Shown in pieces: positions 32,393 to 41,416 of a stretch of DNA of 64,000 bases. Position 1 is the first letter of the stretch. The number at the start of each line of letters is the position of its first letter. The notes beneath the pieces were generated by a model. The model was given only the letters and a program-made list of their open reading frames with translations, was not told the DNA's origin and did no database searches. The stretch is from Wickerhamiella versatilis (Eukaryota), in NCBI GenBank assembly GCA_030867685.1, contig JAQOWU010000008.1, forward strand, positions 4,092,001 through 4,156,000. Direction: 5' to 3'. Position numbers and translations under genes: made by a program.

Positions 32393-33172
32393 TTAGAGCC
32401 AGATACTAATAATAATTACGAGAGCGATTACCAGTAAAACTAGCAAAAAGCATAATTGACGACCAGAGGAGCTGCGCTGCCATCTGGCTGCTCTATTCAG
32501 CTGACTGGATCCATCTCGAGTGGCAGACGCCACTGAATAAATATTCGACTCAATATTATCGAGAACCGTACCTTGCTCTGTCACAATCGTGCTCAGGTTG
32601 GTAAAAATCTCGTTTAGTTCATTAATGCCTTCTTCAATGCCTTGTATCTCTTGCTCTCTTTCCAGAACCAACCCCCTCTGATACGCAACTTCATCCTGTC
32701 TCAGCTGATCCTCGAAGGCTTGGCTTTGGAGTTGCTCGGGTGTGGACTCCTCAGGCGACATCACCTCAGGCTGCGCCGTATGGGGTAATTCGATCGACTG
32801 GGATGTTCTCCGTGGTACCATAGCAGCTTGCAAGTCTTCCTTTTCCACTTCAGCAAGTCGCCTTTGAATCCTCTGAAATTCGGTGAGTGCACTGCCGAAT
32901 TCACGGGAGATACGATGCTGTGTAAACTGCTGCGACGGCTCTGGCTCATCCCAATACTGAAGCCGCTCCATATCGTTCTTCAGTTGCCGAAACTCTCTGC
33001 GTGTGCGAGTGGCGAGGTCCACTGCTCCTTCTCTTTGATTCGTACGCAGCATGCTCCAGATGCGCCCGTTGGTGGCACTGATATCAAAAAGCTGATCCGC
33101 AACATGATCACTCAAGGAATCAAATTCAGGGTCATCCTTGTAGCCTCCACCTTGCGCCTCTATATCAGACAT
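32393..33172 (-). CDS. PEP12: Endosomal/vacuolar Qa-SNARE syntaxin (Pep12/Vam3 family)
   Basis: EREQEIQGIEEGINELNEIFTNLSTIVTEQGTVLDNIESNI and a C-terminal TM anchor. Confidence 0.8.
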   Translation of the reverse strand: MSDIEAQGGGYKDDPEFDSLSDHVADQLFDISATNGRIWSMLRTNQREGAVDLATRTRREFRQLKNDMERLQYWDEPEPSQQFTQHRISREFGSALTEFQRIQRRLAEVEKEDLQAAMVPRRTSQSIELPHTAQPEVMSPEESTPEQLQSQAFEDQLRQDEVAYQRGLVLEREQEIQGIEEGINELNEIFTNLSTIVTEQGTVLDNIESNIYSVASATRDGSSQLNRAARWQRSSSGRQLCFLLVLLVIALVIIISIWL

Positions 33173-33578
33173 AAGAAATATTGTGATTAATCAGGGAACC
33201 GGCAGTTTCAAAGCCACCACCCCACACACACCATTGAACGTTAATTATCCTAATCGTGAGTTCTCTCCTTTAAAAAGAATTAGCTATGGTATCCAAAATT
33301 TGCTGTATTTACTCCATAGCTCAATAGCGGCTGAATTATACCGGCCTGTCTCGCATCGTGTAAACCAGTCACTGATGATGTAATCTAATATGTCAGAGTT
33401 ATCTGTGTTGGATAAATGAGCAAGCAGGCTGGCAGTCCTATGGTGAGGGGCATTGCTTTTGGACATTGCTGTGATAAAATGTATAGCGAAAGAATATTTC
33501 ATAATAAAAAAGGAGTCAAACAATAGATAATCTCGATAATGCTACGTAAGGTGAAGTCATAAGAAGATCTTCATGTGT

Positions 33579-34025
33579 CTATGAATTTGAGGCACCGGAT
33601 GTCGTGGTAGGGAGGCCTTGATCAAAGAAGAGACCTGGCTGCCCGGGCCCGCTAGTTAACCCGCCAAGTTCCTCGTCGCCACCAAATGAGCCAGTGGCCT
33701 TACGGGAGGACCGCCGTTTCACAGAGACAGAGGACCTTCTGCGCTCAATATGCTGATGCGGCTCCAATTCGGTTTCATGCTCGGTGCGTGCGGCACCAAT
33801 TCCTGCTGAGGACATGTCAGGTCGTTCGTCCTTATGGTGGGTATCGGTTAGCCGACGTTCAACGTGCGGGGGAATATCTGACCCTACAGGCTTAAATTCA
33901 GAGTCATTGGTATATGTTGATGCGTCGTGGGAAAGATCATAGGAAAATACACTTGAATTGTCATCAACTACTGTCTCATTGGACAATGATATAATTTCTT
34001 CTTTCCGTTCCTGGTCAAGCGACAT
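33579..34025 (-). CDS. Hypothetical hydrophilic protein, 148 aa
   Basis: ATG-initiated ORF filling the PEP12-TFC3 gap. Disordered composition, RRxS motifs, no recognised family. Confidence 0.6.
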   Translation of the reverse strand: MSLDQERKEEIISLSNETVVDDNSSVFSYDLSHDASTYTNDSEFKPVGSDIPPHVERRLTDTHHKDERPDMSSAGIGAARTEHETELEPHQHIERRRSSVSVKRRSSRKATGSFGGDEELGGLTSGPGQPGLFFDQGLPTTTSGASNS

Positions 34026-34127
34026 TGATACGGCGTAACCGCAATGTCATGACGTAAGCTTTAATATTGCAAGTGGAGTTGGATTACATAACCAAAAAAC
34101 ACCGCCTTGCCGACTATACCACGCACA

Positions 34128-34137
34128 GGTTCGAATC
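34128..34137 (+). promoter_or_regulatory. Isolated Pol III B-box (GGTTCGAATC), ETC-like TFIIIC site abutting the TFC3 start
   Basis: GGTTCGAATC ends 3 bp before the ATG at 34141. The flanks do not form a T-stem, so it is not a tRNA. Confidence 0.6.
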
Positions 34138-34140
34138 GCG

Positions 34141-37100
34141 ATGGATCCTGGGCAGGTGGTCAGCGACATTGTTCGTAATACGGCTCTTCAGGGGAATTTA
34201 GGAGCATCCCTTGACGAATTACTGAAGTTTGCTGAAGATTCTGCGCAGCAATCGCTCGATCAATTTTTTCAGCACGCGATCTGGCGATGGCTCCGCACCA
34301 GTGATCTACGAATAACGGACAATGGCCGCAGCTTGACTCCCGAAGAACTGGAGGAGCCCTTTGAAAAAATCCAGAAAGAGCGGAGTTTACGCTTTTTCGC
34401 ACCTGAGAATACACAATGGGTAACGCTGACCGGTAGGCCCAAGTATGACAACAACCTAGGACAATATCCTTTCGAACTACTCTGCGCTGTGTCACGGGCT
34501 CGAGCCCGTGGTATCACAACGGTGGAGCTCTCTAAAGTGACAGGGCAGGACCCGCGGTCCATTTTCAGCCGAATCAATACACTGATGGAAAATCACCTGG
34601 TAACAAAACAGCCTGTGGTTGAATCTGGGACGCATACTCATCGAATGGTGTTCCATCAGTATATTTCTGAGAACGCTGCACAGCAATCTCAAAAGGTAAC
34701 CAGTGAAGGGTTCAATAAGTCTCAGGTAGCCAAGAAGCTTGTGGAGCTGGTAAAATCCGCACCAAATGGATTGAGGCTCTGCCGCGACCTAACAAATGAA
34801 TTGGGCTTCGAGGATTTCAAGCGAGGCTATCCGATGTTCAGAAGGCTGGTTAAAAAGCTGAGTGTGAAGGGCATAGTTCGGCGCGTGGACGTATATGAGC
34901 CAGAGGATCCAGGGATGCGTTATAGGTGTGTCCAGTATCTGCAAGACTACCGTGAGGACGATGTTCGTGACGAGGAGGAGCTCTCCGATGATGAAGAGGA
35001 TGACACCACTGATGAGCCTGCAGGCCAGGCCCCTGATTTTTCCAAAGTAGTGGTAGCCGAGCAGGCGCTAGCAAATCTTTATTACCCTCTAAGTACACAA
35101 TTATGGGATCTGGTTGCTTCCAGTGGATCGCAGGGTGTTTCGGCAATGCAAATCCATTGCCAGTTGACTGGAACAAGTTACGCCAAGGTTTTCTCCAGGC
35201 TCATAGATGCTGTAGTTCAAGGAAGTGCAAAGCAACCAGCTTATAGGGGACATCTTTCACTTGTGAGGGCAACAGATTTCCAGGCACGGGTGAAGTTCTT
35301 TCGATACTTTCTACCCTCTCCACCAAAGCCTCAATGGGGCGAGTTCTCTCCCCAGAAGTCATGCAATGGCCGTACTTCATTACTGGAAATTGAAAGAAAG
35401 GCGCATACCCCCTTACCGACTCCTCCTAATGTAGGCCAGCTTCCCGATGGTTACGAGATACCAATTTTTCATGGGGACAAGCCCGGAAAAGACGTTAAAA
35501 TTATTCTTTCCGGTTCTACTTCCGCAGCAGCGACGACCAAGAAACGCGGCAGACCGCGTAAAGATGCGCCAAAGCAGCCCGTGCGTCCCCCGAGCCCTGA
35601 GATACCAATGACAAGTGACTCCTGTGTGCCTATCGGGTCTCGAGTCTGGGAAGGAGGCCATCCAGCAAATTCACAGCATACTGCCTCATATTTGCTCTCG
35701 CGTAGCGAGACAGGCTTGTCAACCCCTGCGTCCTCGCGCGGTGCACAAGCAGAGACTGCACCTGAACCAATGTCATCGAAAAATCAGGCTAAATCGAAGA
35801 AAAAGGGGGCTTCAACGAGTAAATCAGAAGTACCAAAACCATCCTCGCCAAAGCCATCGATGTCACCCTCCACCGCAGATCCAAATGCCCCACCTCTTTC
35901 CCTGGCGCTGCAGAAGCGCACAGATATTATAATTGACTTGGTGCGGGCCAGTGGCGGCGCAGCAGAGGGTAAATTCTCGATGTTGAAACGCTTGAATGAC
36001 GTTTATGCGCCACAGAACGGTGGCTCCTTAATAGATCGAAAGACGTTCGAGCGGACTGTTCACATCATGGTTGCACTAGGTAAAATATGTCAACAGTTCA
36101 TTGGTTCACGTCTAGAAGTTACCGGCTCACCTCCTTATGTTCTTCATCTCCCAGAGATAAGTGCTGATGATCCGGTGGTGAAGGAAGCGACCCAGCGCAT
36201 CCTTGACAACGATCATTCGAAGCGTGCGAATCGGCCAAGCGAAGCAGCCCCTGTGATGTCGGGACAAATTTTTACGTTGAGTGGACAAGCCCCGCTCAAA
36301 CGTATACGTCGGCTTAGGGAACCTCAGCCAGTACCTAGTGTTGTCACCTCGGTAGCGAATGCGTCGCCAAGACCAACCTCTCAGCCTGAGCGCCGCGTTT
36401 TTGGTCCAAGAGCATCCGAAGTGGCGAGCTGGTCTGTCTCTACCGCAGCAACTAATTTAAGCACGCAAGCCGCGCGGAAACGACCCCAGCCGGTGGAAGC
36501 GGCACCAGAAAAACGACAAAAGGAAGATGTAGAGGTCGACACAGAACTACTATGGCGTTATGCCATCATCTCGAAGGTTCTTAATGGGAAAAGTCAGTTA
36601 ATTGACTGGGGTACAGTTGTTCGCAACCTCGGCGTGCCAGCTACAAAGCTGAAAAAACTATGGCCTAAAATTCGCGACTTCAAGGGTGGCAAGACCGCAC
36701 AACTAAAAGCGGAGCATGAGTTTGAACGTGCGTTCCTGCTCGGGTACTCGTTGGGGCATTTGGTCTACAATGCGCAGCAAGCTTCTTTGGAGCCGTATCT
36801 TGACTGGTGGGTCTCGCATGCTGATGATGCATCTACCGAGAAGCTTGGAAGCCGTTCCGAGTTTGAAAGTGTCTATGGAAAGATTAAAAGCAATACTAAT
36901 AACTATCCGCTGGATTCCGTTTACACGATGCCATCTATGGTGCGCATGGAGGAATTGCTGGCAGCAACGCCCTTTGGTGTGGAGCATAAAGTTGAAATGG
37001 AGGAAACCGATTTTTCTGATGACGAGAAGGTACTGAGATCCGTTATAGCAGCAGATGAAGATGGATATGATCCGGTGGATGCCACTCGGTTTATTCATGA

Positions 37101-37794
37101 AGCAGGGTTTGATGATGAGCGCCTCAAGCAGACCCTGGATGTTCTCATTGCCAAAAGATTTACTGTGCCCATAGCCAAAGATATGCAGCGGTCAAATCCC
37201 GGCCGCACACATGCACTTCATGATAGAATACACCAGTTTTTATCTTGTAAACTTGAGCCCGTGGATTTGGTGAACGCTACGCATTTTCGAGCCAGTCTTC
37301 TAAACGAACCTCAGTTCCTAGGACGCAATATTGTGGAGCATCAGATGGTTGCATTGATAGAGCTTGCGTCACGTGGCTTTATTGATATAAAACGCGATGC
37401 ACAAGCCACGGGACGACTTCTGCAACATGACTATCGATCGAGGCTGATATCGAAGGACATATTTGATTGCGATGTATATACAGAGCCATCAGCCAACATT
37501 CCCGATGAACCCAGTCCTGTCCCGTCCCCCATACCTTGTGGACATCGATATATCTGGGAGGGTCCAAATGGCGTATGCTCCAGTGCGCTTTGGCGGCAAC
37601 TGCTGGCAAAAATGGGGTTTACTCTTCTTTTACGGCCCCAAATAACTCATGAACGCTTGGCTACTTTATTTTCCTCGGTTTTGACAGTCGATGAGGTTGA
37701 TGCGGTTGTCAACTACTTTGCTGTTTCGAATGCAATACAGCCCGGTGGGCGCTTAACGCCAAACTGGTATTCACAAATAATCATATCTATTTAA
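34141..37794 (+). CDS. TFC3: TFIIIC B-box-binding subunit tau138
   Basis: QWVTLTG...FELLCAVSRARARGITTVELSKVTGQDPRSIFSRINTL (B-block binding winged helix), AT-hook KKRGRPRK, IDRKTFERTV, YIWEG..G.....W near the C-terminus. Confidence 0.88.
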   Translation: MDPGQVVSDIVRNTALQGNLGASLDELLKFAEDSAQQSLDQFFQHAIWRWLRTSDLRITDNGRSLTPEELEEPFEKIQKERSLRFFAPENTQWVTLTGRPKYDNNLGQYPFELLCAVSRARARGITTVELSKVTGQDPRSIFSRINTLMENHLVTKQPVVESGTHTHRMVFHQYISENAAQQSQKVTSEGFNKSQVAKKLVELVKSAPNGLRLCRDLTNELGFEDFKRGYPMFRRLVKKLSVKGIVRRVDVYEPEDPGMRYRCVQYLQDYREDDVRDEEELSDDEEDDTTDEPAGQAPDFSKVVVAEQALANLYYPLSTQLWDLVASSGSQGVSAMQIHCQLTGTSYAKVFSRLIDAVVQGSAKQPAYRGHLSLVRATDFQARVKFFRYFLPSPPKPQWGEFSPQKSCNGRTSLLEIERKAHTPLPTPPNVGQLPDGYEIPIFHGDKPGKDVKIILSGSTSAAATTKKRGRPRKDAPKQPVRPPSPEIPMTSDSCVPIGSRVWEGGHPANSQHTASYLLSRSETGLSTPASSRGAQAETAPEPMSSKNQAKSKKKGASTSKSEVPKPSSPKPSMSPSTADPNAPPLSLALQKRTDIIIDLVRASGGAAEGKFSMLKRLNDVYAPQNGGSLIDRKTFERTVHIMVALGKICQQFIGSRLEVTGSPPYVLHLPEISADDPVVKEATQRILDNDHSKRANRPSEAAPVMSGQIFTLSGQAPLKRIRRLREPQPVPSVVTSVANASPRPTSQPERRVFGPRASEVASWSVSTAATNLSTQAARKRPQPVEAAPEKRQKEDVEVDTELLWRYAIISKVLNGKSQLIDWGTVVRNLGVPATKLKKLWPKIRDFKGGKTAQLKAEHEFERAFLLGYSLGHLVYNAQQASLEPYLDWWVSHADDASTEKLGSRSEFESVYGKIKSNTNNYPLDSVYTMPSMVRMEELLAATPFGVEHKVEMEETDFSDDEKVLRSVIAADEDGYDPVDATRFIHEAGFDDERLKQTLDVLIAKRFTVPIAKDMQRSNPGRTHALHDRIHQFLSCKLEPVDLVNATHFRASLLNEPQFLGRNIVEHQMVALIELASRGFIDIKRDAQATGRLLQHDYRSRLISKDIFDCDVYTEPSANIPDEPSPVPSPIPCGHRYIWEGPNGVCSSALWRQLLAKMGFTLLLRPQITHERLATLFSSVLTVDEVDAVVNYFAVSNAIQPGGRLTPNWYSQIIISI

Positions 37795-38133
37795 ATTAAA
37801 GACATTATGTCCAAAGTTCTTAGGAAGCCACACATTTATAAAATCTGTAGATGCGGGCTGAAACGGAAAATTGGTTGAGTTTTGCTCTCCCGGCTAAGGA
37901 ATAGACCTGACGATCAAGTGCAAATGATGCCAGTGGCAAAAAGCCGGGTGTTTCTAACTAAGATTCTTCCTCGAAGTAACAGAAGCAGCCCTGCTCTGAA
38001 GCCTCGAGAAACTTTCTCGCTCGAAAGAACGATGACTAATTTGTCAGGGTACGACAAGTCATATGTATTTTATTATAGCCTCCATATTTTTAAAGATCTG
38101 AGAAACTGACGAACGCTATTTAGGCTTCTATCA

Positions 38134-39528
38134 CTAAAGATCAAATTCTACATCGTCATCCTCTAAATCAGTTCCTTCCTGTATCTCCGTTAGCAATTCC
38201 TTTTCCCGCTCCCTCGCCTCTTGGGCATCTTTCAGGTCGTCACGATGATCATTGGAGACATAGCGCATCGACTTCACACTATCATCATGTAGAGCCATAC
38301 AGAAACTGATCCTCTCATGGAACGTCTGTTGGGGCTCTCTCGTTGAGTAAACGTTGGTGACCTCACGCGACTGCATGTATCCGCGCTGGTGGTCAAGCTC
38401 CGCATCAATTACACCATCCCTAATTGCCTTAGCAACGATGTACTCCGCACTCTCCTCGCCATCGAGCCGGAGTTTTATGCAGATGTCCTTGAGGCTGATT
38501 CGCGAATAGGCGAGCGATATTGCGCGAACACCGGTTTTAATGACATTTTGGCGCAACCTGCGCGCCAGGGAAAGATTGTGGTCGGCCTCCAACTGCGGGG
38601 TCACTTCGGCTAATACTGACCCAAAATGTGCCACATCACCAGCACGCACCGCTCGGGTGAGATCCAGATAAGGCCTCAGCGGTTCCTGCAACTCAGGCTT
38701 TGTGAATATTTGCCGATCAGGTATATCTCCCATCAGCAGTTCAATAAGTACACTAAGTTTGTATGCAGTCTGTAAGAAACCTACTGCAGCACTAGTTTGT
38801 GGGACCTTCCGGATGGCAGCTGTAATTTGATCAAATGCAGTCGAATAGTCCAACTGGATTGAGTTGATCCTGCTCAAATAATAACAGTATCGTGCCGTCA
38901 CTGCATTGGATACGTTCTCAGGCCAGGTTGTTTTCGACACAATCTGCGCCGCTTGCGCATACTGGTTGCAGAGAATCAAGTTACGCAGCAAAAGAGTAAT
39001 TACGACACCCTGTGTTTCATTGTCACGTCTCAAACTGGCTGTTCTCAGCGCCCCCATAAGCTCAGGCCTTACAGTCTCAAGTTCTCCCTTGAGCTCCGCA
39101 ACCCTAACATAGTAAAACCAAATCTTGGCAGCCAGATAGTCTAGCGATCTTCTATTATAGCCTCGAAGACGCTTTACAGCCTCTCGAGACACATCGAAAC
39201 ACGCATCTATCTTGCCATCGTGAAGTAGCCAAACTTGACACAACAAATGAACATAGGCATCAACTTCTGCACTGGGCGGTGAGTTTCGCTCAGGAACTGT
39301 CTTCGGACGGGTTATCTCCGCACGTTTGAACAAAAACTCTGCGGGTTCTGATGATCCCCATGCGCGGGCAACAATTTCTCCAAGAGATTCAGCATCCAGC
39401 TGTTTGCGGAAAGTTGGCAAGGTACGCCATACGCGCAGCGTATGACGAGGATCAAATGTTGAAACTGCCTTGTCCAGGTAGCCGAAGTTCTGGACGGCCT
39501 GCTCGACAGTTGTGGCAGTGGTGGCCAT
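38134..39528 (-). CDS. RPN3: 26S proteasome lid subunit Rpn3
   Basis: YNRRSLDYLAAKIWFYY, IELLMGDIPDR, RLRQNVIKTGVR, EYIVAKAIRDGVIDA, YSTREPQQTFHERI. First ATG at 39528. Confidence 0.96.
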   Translation of the reverse strand: MATTATTVEQAVQNFGYLDKAVSTFDPRHTLRVWRTLPTFRKQLDAESLGEIVARAWGSSEPAEFLFKRAEITRPKTVPERNSPPSAEVDAYVHLLCQVWLLHDGKIDACFDVSREAVKRLRGYNRRSLDYLAAKIWFYYVRVAELKGELETVRPELMGALRTASLRRDNETQGVVITLLLRNLILCNQYAQAAQIVSKTTWPENVSNAVTARYCYYLSRINSIQLDYSTAFDQITAAIRKVPQTSAAVGFLQTAYKLSVLIELLMGDIPDRQIFTKPELQEPLRPYLDLTRAVRAGDVAHFGSVLAEVTPQLEADHNLSLARRLRQNVIKTGVRAISLAYSRISLKDICIKLRLDGEESAEYIVAKAIRDGVIDAELDHQRGYMQSREVTNVYSTREPQQTFHERISFCMALHDDSVKSMRYVSNDHRDDLKDAQEAREREKELLTEIQEGTDLEDDDVEFDL

Positions 39529-39555
39529 GTTGTGATTAATCAGCGACAATGGTCC

Positions 39556-39564
39556 TGTGGCAAA
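39556..39564 (+). promoter_or_regulatory. PACE-like Rpn4 site upstream of RPN3
   Basis: TGTGGCAAA, one mismatch to GGTGGCAAA, about 28 bp upstream of a proteasome subunit ATG. Confidence 0.55.
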
Positions 39565-39872
39565 ATGTCTTTATTCTCATCTAACGCTATTATATTTTGT
39601 TAAATAGTTTTTAATGTTTTTCTGATTCTTTTATGATTTACTGAATCATAGGACATCGGTATTCTGCCAATTCCAGGCCCTCTACGAGGCTAATCGTTAT
39701 CAGGCCTGCTCGCTCTGAGTTCAGTGTAATATGGGACAGAAAAGGTCAAATTAAGATACCTGTTTGCTTTAATATATGTCCCCACGTTGCCTAGTCGGTG
39801 CATTTACTGGACCATCTGTGATTCACGAAATGGCGTAAGCAGCCATCCATCAATTTATTTATTTCACCACGC

Positions 39873-41255
39873 ATGGTCGTCAACCTAAATACTCTAAAGA
39901 GGGGCAACAAGCCCCGATTTGTGAGCAAAGCGAAGCGGAAAGCTATTGGCTCGACCCTTTCACGGGCTATAAAAGAATCACATCAGGTAGAAACACCTGC
40001 CTCTCCCATCAAGAAAGAGGTGGACATACCTGCATGGAGATATGAAAGAGAACAATCGACTAGTGACAACCAAGGCCTCGAAGAAGACTTAGGCAAATCT
40101 TGGTTACAAAAAACCAAGTCAGAGATGACGAGGCGTGACTGGCGCATAATGCGGCATGATCTTGGTATTGTGGAGCTAGGTTCAGATCATCTACCTCTGC
40201 TTTCCTGGGATGACATTAATATCGGGTTGCTGCCCCCTACATGGAAAGAACCGACACCAATACAGAGGGCAGCGATTCCGGTAGCACTGACTGGTCACGA
40301 TCTCATTGGTATAGCCCAAACTGGTTCAGGAAAAACAGGCAGTTTTGCCGTACCTATAATGCTGAAGCAGCTTCCTACACTGGCATTGGCTCCGACACGC
40401 GAGCTTGCTGATCAAATAGCCGGTGAACTTCGCTCCTTAAGGCTGGAAGTGGTTACCCTGGTAGGAGGCCATGCAATCGATGACCAGCTTGAACAGCTCG
40501 AAAAGCATTGGCAAGTTATTGTAGCAACTCCAGGCCGTCTAATTGACTGTATAGAAAAAGCAGGACTTTCCCTCAACGATATTGGCATTGTGGTGCTGGA
40601 CGAAGCTGATAAAATGGTTGACATGGGATTCGAGTCCCAAATAAATATGATTTGGGAGCATTTAGAGAACCCCCAAGTTTTAATGTATACTGCTACCTGG
40701 CCCCCTCATATTCAACAACTTGCGGAACGGTTAGCGCCAAATGCCGAAAAGGTGGTTATAAGAAGAGAGTTGTTGAGTATTAGGCAGCTGATAGAACAAC
40801 CAGTTGCTAAAATATCACGGCTTCGAGAGTTGCTGCGATTTACTGATGGCCGGACAATCGTATTTGCCAATCGTCAGTCCGAAGTTGATGCTATTACGTC
40901 GGAGCTTTCTGGCGCAGCCGGAATGCATGGAGGTAAGTCTCAGACGGATCGTGAATATGTTCTACAGGGTCTTAGAGATGGTTCAATACACTGTCTGGTG
41001 GCAACTGATGTTGCCGGTCGAGGAATTGATGTGCCTGACGTTAAGTTGGTGGTAAATTTCGATATGCCCCAGACAATTGATGCGTATGTTCATCGAATTG
41101 GACGTACTGGACGGGCAGGTAAGAGCGGTAAAGCTGTTTCGTTCGTATCTGAAGCAGATGCTTATCTGTTCCCCGAGTTGGTGAGAGTATTACGCGAGTC
41201 TGGAAACAACGTTCCAACTTTCCTTCTCCCCAATCATGATGCAATTCGCGAATAG
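39873..41255 (+). CDS. PRP28: DEAD-box splicing helicase Prp28 (shortened)
   Basis: KPRFVSKAKR, W..K...EMTRRDWRIMR, PTPIQRAAIP, AQTGSGKT, DEAD, YTAT, ATDVAGRGIDVPDV, HRIGRTGRAG. Confidence 0.85.
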   Translation: MVVNLNTLKRGNKPRFVSKAKRKAIGSTLSRAIKESHQVETPASPIKKEVDIPAWRYEREQSTSDNQGLEEDLGKSWLQKTKSEMTRRDWRIMRHDLGIVELGSDHLPLLSWDDINIGLLPPTWKEPTPIQRAAIPVALTGHDLIGIAQTGSGKTGSFAVPIMLKQLPTLALAPTRELADQIAGELRSLRLEVVTLVGGHAIDDQLEQLEKHWQVIVATPGRLIDCIEKAGLSLNDIGIVVLDEADKMVDMGFESQINMIWEHLENPQVLMYTATWPPHIQQLAERLAPNAEKVVIRRELLSIRQLIEQPVAKISRLRELLRFTDGRTIVFANRQSEVDAITSELSGAAGMHGGKSQTDREYVLQGLRDGSIHCLVATDVAGRGIDVPDVKLVVNFDMPQTIDAYVHRIGRTGRAGKSGKAVSFVSEADAYLFPELVRVLRESGNNVPTFLLPNHDAIRE

Positions 41256-41416
41256 AAACTCATAGCATTCATCAAGTCCCATATTGATGTTAGGGCTATC
41301 CTGTATTGACTTAGTGGGTTATGCTATATTGACTTATCTCTAGGGTTAGGGATTATTTATTCACAAGTAACGTCTTAGTTAGTATCGCGCCACTTCTCCT
41401 GTTCATTCGGCCAAAA

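Noticed and set aside
34060-34140. Possible tRNA gene around GGTTCGAATC
   Set aside because: No T-stem pairing, acceptor stem or convincing A-box. Kept only as an isolated B-box.
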